NCBI GenBank assembly: GCA_015057525.1
Contig: SVEE01000002.1
Coordinates: forward strand, 4,767-68,766
DNA length: 64,000 bases
Direction: 5' to 3'
From: Lachnospiraceae bacterium
GTDB taxonomy: Bacteria > Bacillota > Clostridia > Lachnospirales > Lachnospiraceae
Shown here piece by piece: positions 19,588 to 29,200 of this stretch. Within the stretch, counting starts at the first letter, position 1; the number at the start of each line of letters is the position of its first letter. Position numbers and translations under genes: made by a program. The notes under the pieces are model-generated. The model was not told the origin of the DNA and did no database searches. It worked only from the letters and a program-made list of their open reading frames with translations.

Positions 19588-20532
19588 ATGAAAATAGGTT
19601 TTTTATATGCTGGACAGGGTAGTCAGCACGTAGGAATGGGTAAGGATTTATATGAGGCTTATCCAGAATTTAAAGAGACATTTGATAATTTAAATCTTGA
19701 TTATGATGTTAAGACATGTTGCTTTGAGGGACCAATCGAACAGCTTGGTCAGACAAGATATACTCAGCCATGTATGGTAGCTTTTGCAGTTGGTGTAACA
19801 AAGATTCTTGCTAACAAGGGTGTTAAGCCTGAAATAGCAGCTGGTCTTTCTCTTGGTGAGTATTCAGCTCTTTATGCAGCTGGTGTATTTGAAGAGAATC
19901 AGGTTATTGATCTTGTTGCGTACAGAGGAAAGTCTATGGAAGAGGCTGTTACAGGAAGAGATACAGGTATGATAGCTGTTATGAGTCTTGATAGAGAGTC
20001 TATCAAGGAATGCTGTAAGCAGGCAGAGGAAGAATTTAAGAATTCTCCTTATCATGTTGCTGAGGTTGCAAACTATAATACACCTGTACAGGTTACAGTT
20101 TCTGGTGATTCAGCTGTTATTAAGAGAGCTGGTGAGCTTATGACTGAAAAGGGTGCAAAGAGAATTGTTCCTGTTGCAGTAAGTGGTCCATTCCATACTT
20201 CACTTATGAAACCAGCAGGTGATAAGCTTGCAGAGAGATTTAAGAGTGAGAAGTTTGGTGAGATGTCATTCCCTGTACTTTTTAATGCAACAGGTAAAGA
20301 AATAGAGGCAGGAAAGACTATTCCAGAAATGCTTGAGCTTCAGGTTCAGAGCAGTGTTTATTTTGAGGATTCTATTAAGTATATGATAGAGCAGGGTGTT
20401 GATACATTTGTAGAAATCGGACCTGGAAAAACTCTTTCTGGCTTTGTTAAGAAAATTGATAGAAGTCTAACTACATATGCAGTTGAAGATGTTGATAGCT
20501 TAAATGCAACTCTTGAAGCACTTGGTTGTTAA
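19588..20532 (+). CDS. fabD: Malonyl-CoA:ACP transacylase
   Basis: AGQGSQ..GMG, GLSLGEYSA, VSGPFH, EIGPGK. Confidence 0.96.
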   Translation: MKIGFLYAGQGSQHVGMGKDLYEAYPEFKETFDNLNLDYDVKTCCFEGPIEQLGQTRYTQPCMVAFAVGVTKILANKGVKPEIAAGLSLGEYSALYAAGVFEENQVIDLVAYRGKSMEEAVTGRDTGMIAVMSLDRESIKECCKQAEEEFKNSPYHVAEVANYNTPVQVTVSGDSAVIKRAGELMTEKGAKRIVPVAVSGPFHTSLMKPAGDKLAERFKSEKFGEMSFPVLFNATGKEIEAGKTIPEMLELQVQSSVYFEDSIKYMIEQGVDTFVEIGPGKTLSGFVKKIDRSLTTYAVEDVDSLNATLEALGC

Positions 20533-20558
20533 TTAGATGTAAGGGAAGGGACAATAAT

Positions 20559-21302
20559 ATGTTATTAGAGAATAAAACAGCCATCGTAACAGGTGGTAGT
20601 AGAGGAATCGGAAGAAGCATTTGCTTAGAATTAGCTAAAGAAGGTGCTAACGTAGTTACTTGCTATGCATCAGGAGCTGCAGGTGCTGAGGAAACAGTTA
20701 AGCTTTGTGAAGAGCTTGGTGTTAAGGCTATGGCTATTAAGACTGATGTTGCAAATGGTGAAGAAGTAGCTGCTATGGTTGATAAGGTTAAAGCAGAATT
20801 TGGTAGCATCGATATTCTTGTTAACAATGCAGGTATAACTAAGGATAACCTTATGCTTAAGATGACAGAGGATGATTTTGAGCAGGTTATAGATACAAAC
20901 TTAAAGGGCGCATTCTTATTTACTAAAAATGTGTCTAAGATAATGTTAAAGCAGCGTGCAGGTAAAATTATAAATATCAGTAGCGTTGTTGGTGTAAGAG
21001 GAAATGCAGGACAGGTTAATTATTCGGCTAGCAAAGCTGGTCTTATAGGTATGACTAAGTCTGTTGCAAAGGAACTTGCATCAAGAGGAATAACTTGTAA
21101 TGCAGTAGCACCTGGTTTTATTGAAACTGATATGACTGCTAAGCTTCCAGAGGCAGTTGTGGATGAGATGAAAAAGACTATTCCTATGAAATGTATGGGA
21201 AGTGGTGAAGATATTGCTAATCTTGTAGCATTTTTGGCATCTGATAATGCCAGATATATTACAGGTCAGGTTATTTGTGTAGATGGCGGAATGGCAATGT
21301 AA
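20559..21302 (+). CDS. fabG: 3-oxoacyl-ACP reductase
   Basis: TGGSRGIG, NNAGIT.D, NYSASKAG, YITGQVI.VDGG; ATG 20559 follows GGAAGG. Confidence 0.96.
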   Translation: MLLENKTAIVTGGSRGIGRSICLELAKEGANVVTCYASGAAGAEETVKLCEELGVKAMAIKTDVANGEEVAAMVDKVKAEFGSIDILVNNAGITKDNLMLKMTEDDFEQVIDTNLKGAFLFTKNVSKIMLKQRAGKIINISSVVGVRGNAGQVNYSASKAGLIGMTKSVAKELASRGITCNAVAPGFIETDMTAKLPEAVVDEMKKTIPMKCMGSGEDIANLVAFLASDNARYITGQVICVDGGMAM

Positions 21303-21337
21303 TTATAAAGTTATATTTGTAAGATAAGGAGTATATT

Positions 21338-22573
21338 ATGAGAAGAGTTGTTATAACTGGTCTTGGAACAGTAAATCCAATTGGTAACAATGTAAAAGAT
21401 GCATGGGAGAATGCAAAAAAAGGGGTATGTGGTATAGCTCCTATTACTCGTATTGACGTAACAAACCACGCTGTTAAGGTTGCAGGTGAGGTTAAGGATT
21501 TTTCTATTGATGGAATAATTGATAAAAAAGAAGCTAGAAGAATGGATATGTACTCACAGTTTGCTATGGTAGCTGCTGTTGAGGCATTTGAGGACAGCCA
21601 GATTGATATGGAGAAGGAAGACGCTTTAAGATGTGGTGTTATTTTCTCAAGTGGTATCGGTGGTATGGAGACAACAGAGGCTAACTATGCTACAGGTGAG
21701 AAGAGAGGATACGATAAGGTTTCTCCTTTCTATATCCCAATGGGCATTTCTAATATGGCTGCTGGTAATATTGCAATTAGAACAGGTTTTAAGGGCATGT
21801 GTACATGTGTTGTTACAGCTTGTGCAAGTAGTAACAATGCTATAGGTGATGCATTCCACTATGTTAGAGATGGTTACGCAGAGGTTATGCTTTGTGGTGG
21901 TTCAGAGAGTGCAATCACTCATCTTGGCGTAGGTGGTTTCACATCTATGAAGGCTCTTAATACAACAGAGGATCCAAACAGAGCATCTATTCCTTTCGAT
22001 AAAGAGAGAGCAGGCTTTGTTATGGGTGAAGGTGCTGGAGCACTTATACTTGAGGAATATGAGCATGCTAAGGCTAGAGGTGCTAAGATTTACGCAGAGG
22101 TTGTTGGTTATGGTGCAACATGTGATGCTTATCATATTACAGCTCCATGTCCAGACGGAGCAGGCGGTGCTGCTGCAATGACAATGGCACTTAAGGATGC
22201 AAATATTGCTCCAGAGCAGGTTGGATACATAAATGCACACGGTACATCAACTCACTTAAATGATGCTGGTGAAACTATGGCTATTAAGACAGCATTTGGC
22301 GATCATGCTTATAAGCTTATGGTTAGCTCAACTAAGTCAATGACAGGACATCTTCTCGGTGGTGCAGGAGCAGTTGAGGCAGTATTCTCAACAATGGCAC
22401 TTAAGGATGGATTTATTCCTGCAACTATAAACTATCAGGTACCTGATGAAGAGTGTGACCTTGATATTGTTCCAAACGAAGGAAGAAATATTCAGGTAGA
22501 TTATGCACTTTCTAACTCACTTGGTTTTGGAGGACACAATGCAAGTGTTATCTTCAAGAGATGGGAGGACTAA
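21338..22573 (+). CDS. fabF: Beta-ketoacyl-ACP synthase II
   Basis: [41 protein letters not shown]. Confidence 0.97.
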   Translation: MRRVVITGLGTVNPIGNNVKDAWENAKKGVCGIAPITRIDVTNHAVKVAGEVKDFSIDGIIDKKEARRMDMYSQFAMVAAVEAFEDSQIDMEKEDALRCGVIFSSGIGGMETTEANYATGEKRGYDKVSPFYIPMGISNMAAGNIAIRTGFKGMCTCVVTACASSNNAIGDAFHYVRDGYAEVMLCGGSESAITHLGVGGFTSMKALNTTEDPNRASIPFDKERAGFVMGEGAGALILEEYEHAKARGAKIYAEVVGYGATCDAYHITAPCPDGAGGAAAMTMALKDANIAPEQVGYINAHGTSTHLNDAGETMAIKTAFGDHAYKLMVSSTKSMTGHLLGGAGAVEAVFSTMALKDGFIPATINYQVPDEECDLDIVPNEGRNIQVDYALSNSLGFGGHNASVIFKRWED

Positions 22574-22574
22574 T

Positions 22575-23000
22575 ATGGAACTTAATTCTAATCAGATTCA
22601 GGAAATATTGCCTCACAGATATCCTTTTGCACTTGTAGATAAGATAACTGATTATGAGCCAGGCAAGTTTGCTAAGGGTATTAAGTGTGTAACTGTTAAC
22701 GAGATGCATTTTTGTGGACATTTTCCACAGCAGCATGTTATGCCAGGTGTACTTATAATAGAAGCTCTTGCTCAGGTTGGTGCAATTGCAATCCTTTCAG
22801 AGGAAGAGAATAAAGGTAAAATTGCATTCTTTGGTGGAATCAAGAATGCTCGTTTTAAGAAGCAGGTTGTTCCTGGAGATGTCCTTGAGCTTGAGTGCGA
22901 GCTTACTGAGAGAAAAGGTCCTGTTGGATACGGTAAGGCAACTGCTAAAGTAGATGGTAAGGTAGCTGTTGTAGCGGAGCTTACATTTGCAGTAAATTAA
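22575..23000 (+). CDS. fabZ: 3-hydroxyacyl-ACP dehydratase
   Basis: [15 protein letters not shown]...[17 protein letters not shown]; ATG 22575 follows GGGAGG. Confidence 0.96.
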   Translation: MELNSNQIQEILPHRYPFALVDKITDYEPGKFAKGIKCVTVNEMHFCGHFPQQHVMPGVLIIEALAQVGAIAILSEEENKGKIAFFGGIKNARFKKQVVPGDVLELECELTERKGPVGYGKATAKVDGKVAVVAELTFAVN

Positions 23001-23028
23001 TATTTAAATATAATTACGAAAAAGTGAC

Positions 23029-23237
23029 GAAAAACGCAGTATGGCTATTGATATAAAACATATATTATGCAAACAACTGCAACGCGCTGACAAACTAACC
23101 AGTAACTACGACTAAGACTCTCAGGAATGCCTTCGAGCCTAAGTCTTCATAACTATTGGATTTTGTCAGTCGCTAAAACCGCAGTTCAAATATTTGCATA
23201 CTATATGTTTTATGCCAATAATCATACTGCGTTTTTC
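23029..23237. repeat. 209-nt long imperfect palindrome (candidate structured RNA or non-autonomous palindromic element)
   Basis: Perfect 15-bp ends GAAAAACGCAGTATG / CATACTGCGTTTTTC. Arms 23029-23073 and 23193-23237 pair at 40/45 positions. Inner stems AACTGC/GCAGTT, CTGACAAA/TTTGTCAG and AAGACT/AGTCTT. Confidence 0.85.
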
Positions 23238-23349
23238 TGTTTGATATAGGATATTTTTGTTTTAATTAATATTATATGTTTTCTAGGACATAGGGCTATT
23301 ATCCATAATAGAAATTATTGGCACATTATGTCAACTTAAATTGCTTTAC

Positions 23350-23596
23350 TGGGTCTATGGAAGAAAAGTTGTTATCAAGACCCACATGATGAGGTTTTAC
23401 TTGTATTATGTAAATTGAAGTATGCTTAAATGGGTCTCCATAAAAAAAGTTGTATTCTGTACCCAGATGTTTTTTGAAGTTTGGGTCTAGATAGCAGCTT
23501 TTTTTATAGAGACCCATAGTTGTTTTCTTACATGAGTTTGAGCGGTATATTTGCCAGAAAATGGGTCTGTGGAATAAGATTGTTTCCATAGACCCA
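23350..23596. repeat. Array of four 35-bp palindromic-ended units, TGGGTCT-N21-AGACCCA
   Basis: Units at 23350-23384, 23431-23465 (ends GTACCCA), 23482-23516 and 23562-23596; gaps of 46, 16 and 45 nt. Confidence 0.88.
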
Positions 23597-23622
23597 TTTG
23601 ATTTATGTGCAGAAATTCACTC

Positions 23623-23650
23623 TTGAAATAATACTTCTAGTTGTTATAAT
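23623..23650 (+). promoter_or_regulatory. sigma-A promoter (extended -10) for the HAD-DUF6472-aroK genes
   Basis: TTGAAA-16-TATAAT with TGt immediately upstream of the -10. Confidence 0.65.
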
Positions 23651-23704
23651 ATTAGAGATATTTACAACATTATATAGATTTATAATATGTTCAAAGGTGA
23701 TTTT

Positions 23705-24373
23705 ATGGATAGGGTTGAAGAAATTTTAAAGAATTTAGAACCTATAATTAAAGATAAAAAAGGTCTTATTTTTGATGTGGATGGAACTTTGCTTGATAGT
23801 ATGCCTATGTGGAAAAGGCTTGATGTTGAATATCTTTCAAGTTTAGGATTAATTCCAGAGCCTGATTTTCAAAATAAGGTTAAGATGATGACTATGCTAG
23901 ATGCTGCAAGGTACATAAATAACTATTTTGGTTTGGATAAAGAACCAGAGGTAATTGCTAAAGAAATTCAGGATATTGCCTATAGCTATTATGAGAACGA
24001 GCTTCTTATTAAACCAGGGGCATTTGAGCTACTTGCAGAATTAAAAAAACGTGGATATAAAATGGTTGTTGGAACCGCCAATGAGTATGATATGTGTAAG
24101 AGTGCATTGGTCAGAAATAATGTGATGGATTTTTTTGAGGATTTGGTGACGTGTTCTATGGTGGGCTGTAGCAAGGAAAGACCGGATGTATACTTACTTG
24201 CTTGCGAAAAGATGGGACTTAGCATGGAGGATTGCGTTATATTTGAGGATTCATATTTTGCCATAAATACAGCTACGAAAGCTGGATTTTCCGTAATAGG
24301 TGTATATGATGATACGGAAGAAGAAAATTGGGAAAATATTTGTAAAATAACAGATGGTCAGGTGGTGTTTTAA
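23705..24373 (+). CDS. HAD-superfamily phosphatase (beta-PGM/CbbY-like)
   Basis: Motif I IFDVDGTLLDS, motif III K(ERPDVY), motif IV IFEDS; ATG 23705 follows AAAGGTG. Confidence 0.9.
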   Translation: MDRVEEILKNLEPIIKDKKGLIFDVDGTLLDSMPMWKRLDVEYLSSLGLIPEPDFQNKVKMMTMLDAARYINNYFGLDKEPEVIAKEIQDIAYSYYENELLIKPGAFELLAELKKRGYKMVVGTANEYDMCKSALVRNNVMDFFEDLVTCSMVGCSKERPDVYLLACEKMGLSMEDCVIFEDSYFAINTATKAGFSVIGVYDDTEEENWENICKITDGQVVF

Positions 24374-24576
24374 TGGCTGATAAGAAAAAAGAAAGAGTAA
24401 GACCGTCTAATTGTGAATCATGTGCATATTACATGTATGATGATGAATATGAATGCTATGTATGTGATGTTAATTTGGACGAGGATGAGATGGCGAGATT
24501 TATGTCTGATACATACTATAATTGTCCATATTATAAATATGGCGATGAATATAGTGTTGTTAGAAAGCAGATGTAG
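24373..24576 (+). CDS. Small Cys-rich conserved protein (DUF6472-like)
   Basis: SNCESCAYY.YDDEYECYVC.VNLDEDEM..FM....NCPYY..GDEY..VRKQM; start overlaps the HAD stop (TAATG). Confidence 0.75.
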   Translation: MADKKKERVRPSNCESCAYYMYDDEYECYVCDVNLDEDEMARFMSDTYYNCPYYKYGDEYSVVRKQM

Positions 24577-24615
24577 AATACATATATGTGTAGCAATATA
24601 AAGAAAGGCATAAAA

Positions 24616-25134
24616 ATGAAAAATAATATAGTATTAATTGGTATGCCAGGAGCAGGCAAAAGCACAGTAGGAGTATTACTTGCTAAGGCAATGAATTACA
24701 GCTTTATGGATACGGACCTTACCATACAGCAGGAAAATGGTAAGAAGTTGTATGAAATAATAGCAGATAAAGGCATAGATGAATTTTTGAATATAGAAAA
24801 TGATGTTTTAAGCCATGTTGAAGCTAATCAGTCAGTTATTGCTACAGGTGGAAGTGCAGTTTATGGAGAAGAGGCAATGAAACATCTGTCTGATATTGGA
24901 CATATAGTTTATATAAAGCTTAGCTGTCAGGAAATAGTCAGAAGAGTAAGTAATATAAAAACAAGAGGAATAGCCATGAAAAAGGGTAAAACTATTTTTG
25001 ATATTTATGCAGAAAGAGTGCCTCTTTATGAAAAATATGCTGACATAATTGTAGATGGAGAAAACACTACTATTGAGGAATGTGTTGAAAGAGTAGTGGA
25101 TGCAGTAGCTTTTTTAGAGAACAAGAGATTATAA
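24616..25134 (+). CDS. aroK: Shikimate kinase
   Basis: NIVLIGMPGAGKSTVG Walker A, DTD, VIATGGSAV, R.PLYEKYAD. Confidence 0.93.
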   Translation: MKNNIVLIGMPGAGKSTVGVLLAKAMNYSFMDTDLTIQQENGKKLYEIIADKGIDEFLNIENDVLSHVEANQSVIATGGSAVYGEEAMKHLSDIGHIVYIKLSCQEIVRRVSNIKTRGIAMKKGKTIFDIYAERVPLYEKYADIIVDGENTTIEECVERVVDAVAFLENKRL

Positions 25135-25164
25135 TTTATCTTACATAAAATTCAATCAATTACG

Positions 25165-25198
25165 AAAAATACTTCTTATAAATATAAGGAGTATTTTT
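25165..25198 (+). promoter_or_regulatory. Hairpin covering the gpr ribosome-binding site (may also terminate aroK)
   Basis: AAAAATACTTCTTATA / TATAAGGAGTATTTTT stem (one G-U); the right arm contains AAGGAG and ends just before ATG 25200. Confidence 0.6.
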
Positions 25199-25199
25199 T

Positions 25200-26030
25200 A
25201 TGAGTAAAATTAGAACTGATTTAGCACTGGAGATTAAGGAGAATCTTCCTGAGGAAGATGGTTTAGAGGGGATAGATGTAGTAACTAAAAACTACAGAAA
25301 TGGTAAAATTAAGGAGACAATCATTAAGATAGAAAATGAAAAAGGAGCTATTGTTTTAGGTAAACCCATTGGAACATATATAACTGTTGAAAGTAAGCTT
25401 CTCAGGGATGTAGATCAAGATATATATGAACCTATAGTTGTTATTGTTCATAAAATTTTAAAGAAATTTATTGGTGATAAAAGTAGGATAATGGTTGTTG
25501 GTCTGGGAAATAGGGAGGTAACACCTGATTCTTTAGGCCCCAAGGTAATTGATAATTTGTATATTACCAGACATCTTGTTAAAGAAGGAATTGTAAGTGA
25601 TGTTAAGGAAATAAGTGCCTTATGTCCCGGTGTTATGGCACAAACTGGAATAGAGACACAGATTTTATTGAAAAGTATATGCAAGGATATAAGGCCGGAT
25701 GTAGTAATTGTGGTAGATGCTCTTGCCGCAGCAGAAGCAAGTAGGCTTAATTCAACAATACAGATATGTGATACTGGTATTTCTCCTGGTTCAGGAGTTG
25801 GCAATAACAGAAGCAAAATTAATGAAGAAACAATCGGTGTAAAGGTTATTGCTATAGGAGTGCCCACAGTTATTTCTATGAGTGCTTTATTAGGACAGTT
25901 TGGAATTGGGGCATTTGATATTAACGAAGAATTGGCAACAATGTTTGTAACACCTAAGAATATAGATGAATCCGTTAAGAGAGTAAGCTTTACAATATCA
26001 GAATCCATTAACAGGTTCTTTGAATTATAA
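25200..26030 (+). CDS. gpr: Spore germination protease GPR
   Basis: IRTDLALE, VVGLGN..VTPDSLGP, VDALAA, TGISPGSGVGN, IAIGVPTV. Confidence 0.93.
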   Translation: MSKIRTDLALEIKENLPEEDGLEGIDVVTKNYRNGKIKETIIKIENEKGAIVLGKPIGTYITVESKLLRDVDQDIYEPIVVIVHKILKKFIGDKSRIMVVGLGNREVTPDSLGPKVIDNLYITRHLVKEGIVSDVKEISALCPGVMAQTGIETQILLKSICKDIRPDVVIVVDALAAAEASRLNSTIQICDTGISPGSGVGNNRSKINEETIGVKVIAIGVPTVISMSALLGQFGIGAFDINEELATMFVTPKNIDESVKRVSFTISESINRFFEL

Positions 26031-26055
26031 TCCCAAAATTAGCATATATTTTAAT

Positions 26056-27297
26056 ATGGGTAAGTTCAGATTTGATTATAATAAATTATATATTTTGGCT
26101 TTTTTCGGTATGTTTTTTCTGCTATTGTTTCGAGATGATGTGCTTGGAAAATATATTTTATCCCAAATAAAAATGCAGATTTTCCCTATGTCCTTTGAAG
26201 ATAGTTATGCATGGGAGGGAGTAAAGCTAGAACTTTTGCCTACTATGGGCATTAAGGTTGACTTGTTTACCCTAGAAGGAGCTTGTTATGAGAACAAAGA
26301 TGACAGTGGTAGCAGTCATGAAGTGATGTATCTTGCAGAGGATTACTACGAGCAGTCTTTTGATGATGTTATTTATGGTGAAAGCATACCAGAGGATATG
26401 CTATATCAAGAAAGTCAGGAAAACATTGCCACAGCAACGGAGGCTCAAACTGAGGAAATTACAACCGCAGCTCCGACAACAGAAGCTGTTATGGAAGCAT
26501 CAACAACACCTGTTTCCTCAGCTATATCATATTCTATGGAGCAACTAAGTGATTTTGAGTTTCTAGTATCCAATTGCTATCTTGTAGATAGTTCAACCAG
26601 TGTTAACCCTGATGAGCTTAATGCTGAAAATCTTCTTGGAATGGATATGTCCATTGATTTATCTGGTGAAGATTATAAGGTGCTCATATATCACACCCAT
26701 GGAAGTGAAGCATTTGCAGATAGTAGACCTGGGGTAACAGAAGATACTGTAATCGGTGTAGGGGATGAGCTTGCTGTATTGCTAGAGTCATATGGAATAA
26801 AAGTATATCACGACAGAAATGTGTATGATACGGTGAACGGCGTACTTGATAGAAGCTATGCATATGATTTGTCTGGGGATGCTGTAGATGAGATACTTGC
26901 AGAGTATCCATCTATTGAGGTTGTTATTGATTTGCATAGAGATGGAGTAAGAGAGGATTTAAAGCTTGTAACGGATATTGATGGAAGACCTACGGCACAG
27001 ATAATGTTTGTAAACGGTGTAAGCAGATTAAATGTCAACGGTGACATTGACTATCTGTATAACCCAAATAAAATCGCTAATCTGGGTTTTAGTTTGCAAA
27101 TGTATTTGCAAGGTAAGGCTACATATGGAGATTTAATGAGAAGGATATATATTAGAGGATATTGCTTTAATTTAGATAGAATGCCTAGGGCAGCTTTGGT
27201 TGAGGTTGGTGCCCAGACAAATACGGTTCAGGAGGCAAAGAATGCTATGATTCCTCTTGCTGATATTATCTACAAAGTATTAAGCGGTAGTGAGTAA
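26056..27297 (+). CDS. spoIIP: Stage II sporulation protein P (start uncertain: 26020 or 26056)
   Basis: N-terminal TM; [29 protein letters not shown]; lies between gpr and lepA as in other Firmicutes. Confidence 0.88.
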   Translation: MGKFRFDYNKLYILAFFGMFFLLLFRDDVLGKYILSQIKMQIFPMSFEDSYAWEGVKLELLPTMGIKVDLFTLEGACYENKDDSGSSHEVMYLAEDYYEQSFDDVIYGESIPEDMLYQESQENIATATEAQTEEITTAAPTTEAVMEASTTPVSSAISYSMEQLSDFEFLVSNCYLVDSSTSVNPDELNAENLLGMDMSIDLSGEDYKVLIYHTHGSEAFADSRPGVTEDTVIGVGDELAVLLESYGIKVYHDRNVYDTVNGVLDRSYAYDLSGDAVDEILAEYPSIEVVIDLHRDGVREDLKLVTDIDGRPTAQIMFVNGVSRLNVNGDIDYLYNPNKIANLGFSLQMYLQGKATYGDLMRRIYIRGYCFNLDRMPRAALVEVGAQTNTVQEAKNAMIPLADIIYKVLSGSE

Positions 27298-27379
27298 AGC
27301 TAACGAAAATAATGTTGTCATGGTACATTTTCTTATGATATACTCTAATAAATATGTTTACAGTAGCGAGGAAGAGATA

Positions 27380-29194
27380 ATGGCCCATTTAGACCAAAAC
27401 AAGATTAGAAATTTTTGTATCATTGCCCATATAGACCACGGTAAATCTACATTGGCAGATAGAATAATAGAGAAAACAGGACTCCTTACTAGCAGAGAGA
27501 TGCAGGCTCAGGTTTTAGATAACATGGAGCTTGAACGCGAAAGAGGAATTACTATAAAGGCGCAGTCTGTTCGTATTGTATATAAGGCTAATGATGGAGA
27601 AGAATATATCTTCAACCTTATAGATACACCAGGACACGTTGATTTTAACTATGAGGTATCAAGAAGTTTAGCTGCTTGTGAGGGTGCAATACTTGTAGTC
27701 GATGCAGCACAGGGTATAGAGGCTCAGACTTTGGCTAATGTTTATTTGGCTCTTGACCATGACCTTGATGTTATGCCTGTTATTAATAAGATTGACTTAC
27801 CTTCAGCAGATCCTGACAGAGTTATCAATGAGATAGAAGATATTATTGGTCTTGAGGCTCAGGATGCACCTCTTATTTCTGCTAAGAATGGTTTAAATAT
27901 AGAAGATGTTTTGGAACAGATAGTAACTAAGGTTCCTGCACCATCAGGAGATGTTGATGCTCCTTTTAAGGCTCTTATATTTGACAGTTTATATGATTCT
28001 TATAAAGGTGTAATTATTTTCTGTAGAGTTTTTGATGGTGTTGTAACTAAGGGTACAAAAATTCGTATGATGGCAACTGAAGCTGAGGCTGAGGTTGTTC
28101 AAGTTGGAATATTTGGTGCTGGTCAGTTTATTCCTTGTGAAGAGCTTTCTGCAGGTATGGTTGGATATATAACAGCCAGCCTCAAGAATGTTAAGGATAC
28201 TACAGTTGGTGATACTGTTACAGATGCGGACAACCCATGTGAGGAGGCACTTCCAGGTTATAAGAAGGTCAACCCTATGGTTTACTGTGGACTTTATCCT
28301 GCAGATGGTGCAAAGTATCCGGATTTAAGAGATGCTTTAGAAAAGTTACAGCTTAATGATGCATCACTTAGCTTTGAACCAGAGACATCTATTGCTCTTG
28401 GATTTGGCTTTAGATGTGGATTCCTTGGACTTTTACATCTTGAAATAATTCAAGAGAGACTCGAAAGAGAGTATAATTTAGACCTTGTTACAACAGCTCC
28501 AGGTGTTATTTATAAGGTTCACAAGACAGATGGTGAGGTCATTGAGCTTACTAATCCATCAAACCTTCCAGACCCATCCATGATTGATTACATGGAGGAG
28601 CCATTTGTATCGGCGGAGATTATGGTTACAACTGAATTTGTGGGTGCTATTATGCAGCTATGTCAGGAAAGACGTGGTATATATAAGAGTATGGAGTATA
28701 TGGAGACAACTAGAGCACTCCTGAAATATGATTTGCCTCTTAATGAAATTATATATGATTTCTTTGATGCTCTTAAATCACGTTCAAGAGGTTATGCATC
28801 CTTTGATTATGAGTTAAAGGGATATGTTAAGTCTGATCTTGTTAAGCTTGACATGCTTATAAATAAAGAAGAAGTTGATGCACTTTCTTTCATTCTACAT
28901 AAGGATACAGCTTATGAGCGTGGTAGAAAGATGTGTGAGAAGCTTAAGGCAGAGATACCTAGACATTTGTTTGAGATACCTATTCAGGCTGCTATTGGAA
29001 GCAAGGTTATAGCCAGAGAGACAGTTAAGGCGGTAAGAAAAGACGTACTTGCTAAGTGTTATGGTGGTGATATCACCCGTAAGAGAAAGCTTCTTGAGAA
29101 GCAGAAGGAAGGAAAGAAGAGAATGCGTCAGGTTGGTAATGTAGAGATACCACAGAAGGCATTCATGAGCGTACTTAAGTTAGATGAGGAGTAG
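27380..29194 (+). CDS. lepA: Elongation factor 4
   Basis: [59 protein letters not shown]; ATG 27380 follows GAGG. Confidence 0.98.
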   Translation: MAHLDQNKIRNFCIIAHIDHGKSTLADRIIEKTGLLTSREMQAQVLDNMELERERGITIKAQSVRIVYKANDGEEYIFNLIDTPGHVDFNYEVSRSLAACEGAILVVDAAQGIEAQTLANVYLALDHDLDVMPVINKIDLPSADPDRVINEIEDIIGLEAQDAPLISAKNGLNIEDVLEQIVTKVPAPSGDVDAPFKALIFDSLYDSYKGVIIFCRVFDGVVTKGTKIRMMATEAEAEVVQVGIFGAGQFIPCEELSAGMVGYITASLKNVKDTTVGDTVTDADNPCEEALPGYKKVNPMVYCGLYPADGAKYPDLRDALEKLQLNDASLSFEPETSIALGFGFRCGFLGLLHLEIIQERLEREYNLDLVTTAPGVIYKVHKTDGEVIELTNPSNLPDPSMIDYMEEPFVSAEIMVTTEFVGAIMQLCQERRGIYKSMEYMETTRALLKYDLPLNEIIYDFFDALKSRSRGYASFDYELKGYVKSDLVKLDMLINKEEVDALSFILHKDTAYERGRKMCEKLKAEIPRHLFEIPIQAAIGSKVIARETVKAVRKDVLAKCYGGDITRKRKLLEKQKEGKKRMRQVGNVEIPQKAFMSVLKLDEE

Positions 29195-29200
29195 TTACCT

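Noticed and set aside
23025-23031. Spo0A box TGACGAA at the left edge of the long hairpin
   Set aside because: A single 7-mer with one free position is expected many times by chance in 64 kb.
23309-23336. Possible dif site (TTATGTCAACT resembles an XerD arm; TTATGTAAATT at 23406 also does)
   Set aside because: No acceptable XerC arm at the 6-bp spacing, and gene orientation bias does not switch here.
23326-23589. 87-aa minus-strand ORF across the repeat array
   Set aside because: No RBS, starts inside unit 4, and its recurring GL...DP motifs are just the DNA palindromes read in frame; probably spurious.
23350-23596. CRISPR array or TIGR-type guide array interpretation of the four 35-bp units
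   Set aside because: Units occur in both orientations, cores differ at about a quarter to a half of positions, one gap is only 16 nt, and no cas or Nop-domain gene lies in the window.
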